NCBI GenBank assembly: GCA_000252525.1
Contig: JH611156.1
Location: 433,503-497,502, forward strand
Length of the DNA: 64,000 nucleotides
Reading direction: 5' to 3'
DNA from: SAR86 cluster bacterium SAR86A
GTDB taxonomy: Bacteria > Pseudomonadota > Gammaproteobacteria > Magnimaribacterales > D2472
Made by a program: the position numbers and the translations under genes. Numbering within the stretch: position 1 is the first letter of the stretch; each line of letters opens with the position of its first letter. The notes under the pieces were generated by a model. The model was given only the letters and a program-made list of their open reading frames with translations, searched no databases and was not told where the DNA came from. This document shows positions 59,212 to 64,000 of this stretch, in pieces.

Positions 59212-59405
59212 TTGATAAATCTATAGGATATGACTTTAAATAACTAGTAAAACTAGTAAATAAATATAAAAGTAAGATAAATACAACAGTTACTAATTAC
59301 GGCTCCTACTGGAGTCAATCGTTAAGCAAATATACATAAGACTTGATGATTAAAGCTTAAAATAGCGTACTGCTGAATTATCTTCCTAATAATAGGGAGA
59401 AAAAA
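59212..59405 (+). promoter_or_regulatory. rluC-rne divergent control region / rne 5-prime leader
   Basis: Largest intergenic gap in the window (194 nt). Contains a tandem 9-mer, a GGCUCC-UACU-GGAGUC hairpin (59301-59316) and GGGAG 6 nt before the rne ATG. E. coli rne is autoregulated through its long leader. No sequence homology is claimed. Confidence 0.3.
59242..59259. repeat. tandem direct repeat AACTAGTAA x2
   Basis: Two exact adjacent 9-nt copies read directly from the sequence. Each contains the palindrome ACTAGT. Confidence 0.8.
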
Positions 59406-61406
59406 ATGAAAAGAATTTTAATTAATTCATCTTATGGAGATGAACTGAGAGTTGCTCTAGTCGACGGAGCTAAACTTTATGATTTCGATACAGAATCGCC
59501 TGAAAGAACTCTTTTAAAAGGTAGTATTTATAAAGCTACCGTATCACGCATTGAATCAAGTCTAGATGCTGCTTTTGTAAATTTTGGCTCTGATAGGCAT
59601 GGATTTTTACCTCTCAAAGACCTTTCAAAAGAATTTTATAAAAAGGATAAGAAAGGAAAATATGTTTGTACTTTAGAAGAAGGTCAAGAAATTATTGTTC
59701 AAGTAACAAAAGAAGAAAGAGGAACTAAAGGAGCTGCTTTAACAACACAAATTGGTCTCGCCGGAAGATTCTTAGTCTTAATTCCAAATTCAACTAGATC
59801 AGGTGGTATTTCAAGAAGAATAAGTGGTGATGAAAGAGATCAAATAAAAGCTGCACTAGAAAAATTAAACATTCCTGAGAATATGAGCGCAATTGTTCGA
59901 ACAAACGGACTTGGTAGAACAGTTGAAGAATTAAGTCTTGATCTATCGTATTTGCTTGCCTTATGGGAGGAAATAAACAATACAACTCCAAATGCAACAT
60001 CTCCATCATTAATTTTTAGAGATGATAAATTGATTGTTAGAGTTGTTAGAGATTACTTCAAAGAAGATATTGAAGAAATATTAATAGATGACAAAGATAT
60101 ATTTACTGAAGCAAAAGAATTTATTGAAGCTGTTATCCCTGATCATTCAGATAAGGTGAAATTCTATGATGAAGATATACCTCTCTTCAATAGATATCAA
60201 ATTGAATCTCAAATTGAGTTGGCATTTCAAAGAGAAATCTCACTTAACTCTGGTGGATCAATTGTTATAGATCCTACAGAGGCGATGACAACAATAGATG
60301 TAAACTCAGCAAGGTCAACAAAAGGAAAAGATATTGAAGAAACTGCTTTTAAAACAAATTTAGAGGCAGCTAGCGAGATTGCTCGTCAGTTGAGATTAAG
60401 AGATGTTGGTGGACTTGTAGTAATTGATTTTATAGATATGACTGATGAAGATAATCAAAATAAGGTTGAGTCAGCCTTTAGAAAAGCAGTTTATTCTGAT
60501 AGAGCAAGAGTTCAATTTTCTGGTATATCCAGATTTGGTCTTCTTGAAGTATCTAGACAAAGATTAAGACCATCTTTAAACGAGTCATATGATATTGAAC
60601 ATGTTTTAGTCAGAGGACCAAGGTCTCTAGGTCAATCAATACTAAGAATTGTAGGTGAGGATGCTGCTAAAGATAATACTGGTGAAATACAAGTTTATGT
60701 TCCTGCTGATGTAGCAAGTTATCTATTAAATGAAAAAAGATATGACATTATTAACATAGAAAAAACTAATAACATTAAAGTTTTAATAATTGCTGATCCA
60801 TATAAAACAAGACCTTATTACAAGGTTGTAAGAGTTAAAAAGTCTGATGTTAAGGACATTAGTTCATATGCATTAACTCCTTCTAGTCCAGAACCTGATA
60901 CAAATTGGAGAGACAATAAAAATTCATCAAAGAATGTTAAACCACTAGTAGATGGTGTAAAGCCACCAAAAATGCCTAAAAGAAGAAAGGCTGGAATTGT
61001 TAAGTGGTTAAAAACAATCACTGGCATCGAGGTTGATGAAAAAACATCAAAAAAGAAATCAATAAAAAGAAGGCCAAGAAGAAAACCTCAAAATAAACAA
61101 AAAAATAATAGTAAAGCTAGAAAAAATTATCAAAAAAATAATGAGAACGTTAAAACAAAAACTAATAAAAAACCTGTCTCTAAGAAACAACAAAATCAGA
61201 AAAAATCAAAACAAAAAGATTTTAATAAAAATGATAATAAAAATGTTTCAAAGGATATCGAAAATACTAAGTCAGTAAAGAAAAATAATGAACAACTCAA
61301 TGTTGATGACAAGAAAAAATCTCCAATTAAAGAAATAGTTAAAGAAAAAAAGGTAAAAAAAGAGATTCCTACAAGAGCTAAGAATGATCCTCGACAAACA
61401 AGTTAA
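59406..61406 (+). CDS. rne: ribonuclease E (short form, Lys-rich tail)
   Basis: S1 domain (KGSIYKATVSRIESSLDAAFVNFG), catalytic Asp contexts IDVNSAR and DFIDM, SRFGLLEVSRQR. The C-terminal ~120 aa are Lys/Asn-rich low complexity. Confidence 0.93.
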   Translation: MKRILINSSYGDELRVALVDGAKLYDFDTESPERTLLKGSIYKATVSRIESSLDAAFVNFGSDRHGFLPLKDLSKEFYKKDKKGKYVCTLEEGQEIIVQVTKEERGTKGAALTTQIGLAGRFLVLIPNSTRSGGISRRISGDERDQIKAALEKLNIPENMSAIVRTNGLGRTVEELSLDLSYLLALWEEINNTTPNATSPSLIFRDDKLIVRVVRDYFKEDIEEILIDDKDIFTEAKEFIEAVIPDHSDKVKFYDEDIPLFNRYQIESQIELAFQREISLNSGGSIVIDPTEAMTTIDVNSARSTKGKDIEETAFKTNLEAASEIARQLRLRDVGGLVVIDFIDMTDEDNQNKVESAFRKAVYSDRARVQFSGISRFGLLEVSRQRLRPSLNESYDIEHVLVRGPRSLGQSILRIVGEDAAKDNTGEIQVYVPADVASYLLNEKRYDIINIEKTNNIKVLIIADPYKTRPYYKVVRVKKSDVKDISSYALTPSSPEPDTNWRDNKNSSKNVKPLVDGVKPPKMPKRRKAGIVKWLKTITGIEVDEKTSKKKSIKRRPRRKPQNKQKNNSKARKNYQKNNENVKTKTNKKPVSKKQQNQKKSKQKDFNKNDNKNVSKDIENTKSVKKNNEQLNVDDKKKSPIKEIVKEKKVKKEIPTRAKNDPRQTS

Positions 61407-62190
61407 TTAACTTACCGGATAAGCTTGTTGTTGGAGGAACATAGGGTAAATTATCCACTTTATACCAGTTTGCCTCTACAATTTCATTCTCATCAATAAC
61501 TATTTCACCAGATTCATATTCACACTTGTATCCAAGCATCAACTGTGATGGAAAAGGCCAAGGTTGACTTCCAACGTATTCAATATTTTTAACCTTTATA
61601 CCAACCTCTTCCATAACCTCTCTTTCAACTGTTTCCTCAGCTGATTCAGAAACCTCAACAAATCCAGCTAATACACTAAAAAGACCTTCTGGAAATAAGT
61701 TATTTCTAGCCAATAAGATTTCGTCCCCTTTAATAATCATTGCCAAGACACATGGAGCTATTTGTGGATAAATCATTGACGAGGTTGCTGTACAATACAT
61801 TGCTTGTTCTTTTTCATTAAATTTATTTAATTTGCCTGAATATCCTGAATATTTATTGCTTCTTACCCAATGAAGTAATTGATTTGCTCTTCCCATAAGT
61901 ACAATATCATTTGGTTGAGATATTGCTAATAAATGCCTTAAGTCATATTCAATAAGAGATTCATAACCTATATTGAAATCATTTGTAGAATTTGAAGCAT
62001 CAACTGCGTAAATGTCTTTACCATCATTAGCAATACCAACAAATAAATGATCTTTAAGATTAATATCTAATAGATTTTCTTCTAGTAAAAATGTTTTTAA
62101 ATTTGGCTCATATAAAATTTTATTATTTTTAAAAATAATTAAAATATTATTATTTGTGCCCTTAATGTCAAAAAATCTTTTAAAATGCAT
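61378..62190 (-). CDS. nudC: NADH pyrophosphatase / NAD-RNA decapping Nudix hydrolase NudC
   Basis: Nudix box GFVEVSESAEETVEREVMEEVG and the NudC signature SQPWPFPSQLM. Colinear with E. coli NudC from residue ~110 onward. Confidence 0.88.
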   Translation of the reverse strand: MHFKRFFDIKGTNNNILIIFKNNKILYEPNLKTFLLEENLLDINLKDHLFVGIANDGKDIYAVDASNSTNDFNIGYESLIEYDLRHLLAISQPNDIVLMGRANQLLHWVRSNKYSGYSGKLNKFNEKEQAMYCTATSSMIYPQIAPCVLAMIIKGDEILLARNNLFPEGLFSVLAGFVEVSESAEETVEREVMEEVGIKVKNIEYVGSQPWPFPSQLMLGYKCEYESGEIVIDENEIVEANWYKVDNLPYVPPTTSLSGKLINLFVEDHS

Positions 62191-62212
62191 ATAAATTCAA
62201 ATTGTAAAAAAA

Positions 62213-63718
62213 ATGTTAAATGAAATTCAAAAACTATTTCTTGGTGATGCTCCCGGTTGGTATAAGTCTACCATAATAGGGTTCCTCATATTTAATCCAT
62301 TATTATTGTTAATATTAAATATAACATCGCCTGGCAATGCAGGATTTGTTTTGGGATGGATTCTTTTGCTTCAATTTATTTTTACATTAGCAATGGCTTT
62401 AAAATGTTATCCACTCCAACCAGGTGGTCTACTAGCAATAGAAGCGCTTATACTTGGGCTTACATCAACAGATACCGTCTATTACGAAATTCAGCAGAAT
62501 TTAAAAGTGATCTTGTTATTAGTCTTTATGGTTGCTGGTATATATTTTATGAAAAATTTGATGTTAACAATATTTACAAAATTATTACTTAGTATTAGAT
62601 CTAAAACATTATTATCATTTTTGTTCTGTATCTCAGCAGCTGTATTATCTGCGTTCCTGGACGCGTTAACTGTTACAGCTGTTCTTATTGGTGTAATGAT
62701 AGGTTTCTATAGAATTTATCATGCCGTAGTGTCTGGAAACAGCTTCACTGATCAAGATCATAACTATAAAGATAACTCAAATATTAATAGTCTTAACGCA
62801 AGTGAGCTTGAAGACTTTAAAGGTTTTTTAAGAGATCTTGTAATGCATGGTGCGGTTGGTACTGCACTTGGAGGTGTATGTACAACTGTTGGTGAGCCAC
62901 AAAACTTACTTATTGCTGGTAAAGCTGGATGGGATTTCATGGAATTTTTTATCCAAATGGCTCCAATTACAATGCCAATTTTAATTACTGGATTAATAAC
63001 CTGTATATTAGTTGAAAAATTTTCAATTGCTGGTTTTGGTAATCAATTACCACCAAATGTTAGAAATGTTTTTAATGATTATTCAAAATACAGAGAAGAC
63101 AATATTACGACTAAAGACAAAGCTGAATTATTAATTGAGTCAGTTGTTTTGGTTTTTCTTGTTTTTGCTCTTGCCTTTAGCATTGCAGCTGTAGGTTTAA
63201 TTGGTTTAAGTGTAATGGTTCTTCTTACTGCATTTAAAGGAATAACTCACGAACATAAATTAGGTGAAGCATTTCACGAAGCTCTTCCTTTTACTGCTCT
63301 TTTAGCTGTATTCTTTGCAATAGTTAGTGTTATTTATGATCAAAAACTTTTTGAACCAGTAATTTTATATGTATTGGCTCAACCAGAAGCAGTTCAACCA
63401 TCTTTATTTTACGTTGCTAATGGTTTCTTATCTGCTGTAAGCGATAACGTATTTGTTGCAACAATATATATTGGTCAAGTTGCAGAAAAAATTCCAGTTG
63501 GAACAGATCAATTTAATAATTTAGCAATTGCTATTAATGTTGGTACTAATATTCCAAGTATAGCTACACCAAATGGTCAGGCTGCATTTCTTTTCTTGCT
63601 TACTTCTGCCTTAGCTCCATTAATTAATTTATCGTATTTAAGAATGGTATATATGGCACTCCCATATACGATCATCCTTTCAATTGTAGGTTATATCTCT
63701 ATTGCTAACATCCTTTAA
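62213..63718 (+). CDS. nhaB: Na+/H+ antiporter NhaB
   Basis: [17 protein letters not shown] ... [24 protein letters not shown] closely parallels the E. coli NhaB N-terminus. 501 aa, polytopic. Confidence 0.93.
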   Translation: MLNEIQKLFLGDAPGWYKSTIIGFLIFNPLLLLILNITSPGNAGFVLGWILLLQFIFTLAMALKCYPLQPGGLLAIEALILGLTSTDTVYYEIQQNLKVILLLVFMVAGIYFMKNLMLTIFTKLLLSIRSKTLLSFLFCISAAVLSAFLDALTVTAVLIGVMIGFYRIYHAVVSGNSFTDQDHNYKDNSNINSLNASELEDFKGFLRDLVMHGAVGTALGGVCTTVGEPQNLLIAGKAGWDFMEFFIQMAPITMPILITGLITCILVEKFSIAGFGNQLPPNVRNVFNDYSKYREDNITTKDKAELLIESVVLVFLVFALAFSIAAVGLIGLSVMVLLTAFKGITHEHKLGEAFHEALPFTALLAVFFAIVSVIYDQKLFEPVILYVLAQPEAVQPSLFYVANGFLSAVSDNVFVATIYIGQVAEKIPVGTDQFNNLAIAINVGTNIPSIATPNGQAAFLFLLTSALAPLINLSYLRMVYMALPYTIILSIVGYISIANIL

Positions 63719-64000
63719 TGCCAAGAGAACAGTGTCATAAACTTTGCATTGCCCCAATGATGCAATATACAGATATGCATGACAGGTATTTATTAAGGTT
63801 GATATCAAAAAAAGTTTTTCTTTATACAGAAATGATTGCTACAGGTTCTTTAGTTCATGGAAAATGTTTTGAACAGCTTGAATTTAATAATGAGGAACAC
63901 CCAGTAGGTGTCCAATTAGGAGGTTCAAACATTAATGATCTTATTGAATGCTCAAAAAAATGTGAAGAATATGGTTATGATGAAATTAATTTGAATTGTG
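63718..64000 (+). CDS. dusA: tRNA-dihydrouridine synthase A (5-prime partial, runs off the window)
   Basis: Hand translation [30 protein letters not shown]...TEMIATGSLVHGK...EEHPVGVQLGGS...YDEINLNC matches the DusA N-terminus. Its ATG shares one base with the nhaB TAA (TAATG). Confidence 0.85.
   Translation, partial: MPREQCHKLCIAPMMQYTDMHDRYLLRLISKKVFLYTEMIATGSLVHGKCFEQLEFNNEEHPVGVQLGGSNINDLIECSKKCEEYGYDEINLNC

Noticed and set aside
59212-59240. TTGATA ... TTAAAT promoter-like hexamers for rne, and similar matches in other spacers (for example 27640-27670 upstream of mnmA)
   Set aside because: In DNA this AT-rich, -10-like and -35-like hexamers occur by chance everywhere. Without TSS data they are not supportable.
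61038-61403. A-rich, repetitive-looking DNA at the 3-prime end of rne as a microsatellite or mobile remnant
   Set aside because: It stays in frame with rne and encodes a continuous Lys/Asn-rich tail. I saw no exact tandem nucleotide unit.
1-64000. Search for tRNA, rRNA, CRISPR arrays, IS elements, integrases, prophage genes, toxin-antitoxin pairs or known defence systems
   Set aside because: All gaps longer than 60 nt were read by eye (5536-5678, 6820-6912, 12613-12724, 17389-17490, 27612-27681, 30155-30269, 40027-40112, 48689-48854, 56070-56131, 59212-59405). None contains cloverleaf-compatible GC stems, spaced direct repeats or terminal inverted repeats. No ORF shows transposase, integrase or nuclease-toxin motifs.

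Overview
This window is a strongly AT-rich, extremely gene-dense stretch of a free-living gammaproteobacterial chromosome. Gene order supports that assignment: rne / rluC-rpmF-fabD-fabG-acpP-mltG-tmk-holB, gap-nqrABCDEF-apbE-nqrM next to mfd, and clpS-clpA-infA. The streamlining suggests a marine oligotroph of the SAR86 type, but that is inference only. By my tally of the gaps, only about 1.9 kb of the 64 kb is non-coding. I found no rRNA, tRNA, CRISPR array, transposase, integrase, prophage, toxin-antitoxin or recognisable defence genes, and no obvious DNA-binding regulator.

The content is mostly housekeeping: Na+-NQR, ClpAS, IDH, isocitrate lyase, MnmA, PurB, Mfd, NfuA, TrmA, the fab cluster, RNase E, NudC, NhaB and DusA. 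Interspersed are accessory catabolic genes:
- a DhlA-like dehalogenase operon
- secreted S10 and M14 carboxypeptidases
- a sulfatase
- a GH16 lipoprotein
- an aromatic ring-cleavage cluster
- a heteromeric-type acyl-CoA dehydrogenase pair

I do not see a convincing self-contained novel system. The signals most worth a second look are:
- Structural Cys-zinc motifs appear to be lost in three unrelated proteins: the RNase E Zn-link, the NudC zinc ribbon and the HolB zinc module.
- Eight of ten convergent gene junctions overlap, often sharing a 4-nt [C/T]TAA double stop.
- Two small ORFs are missing from the ORF track: nqrM, and a 54-codon membrane ORF coupled to trmA.
- An uncharacterised envelope gene trio lies at 5.1-6.8 kb.
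- A four-gene operon at 0.1-3.8 kb has an unexplained enzyme combination.

All homology statements rest on motif recognition and remembered reference sequences, not on searches.
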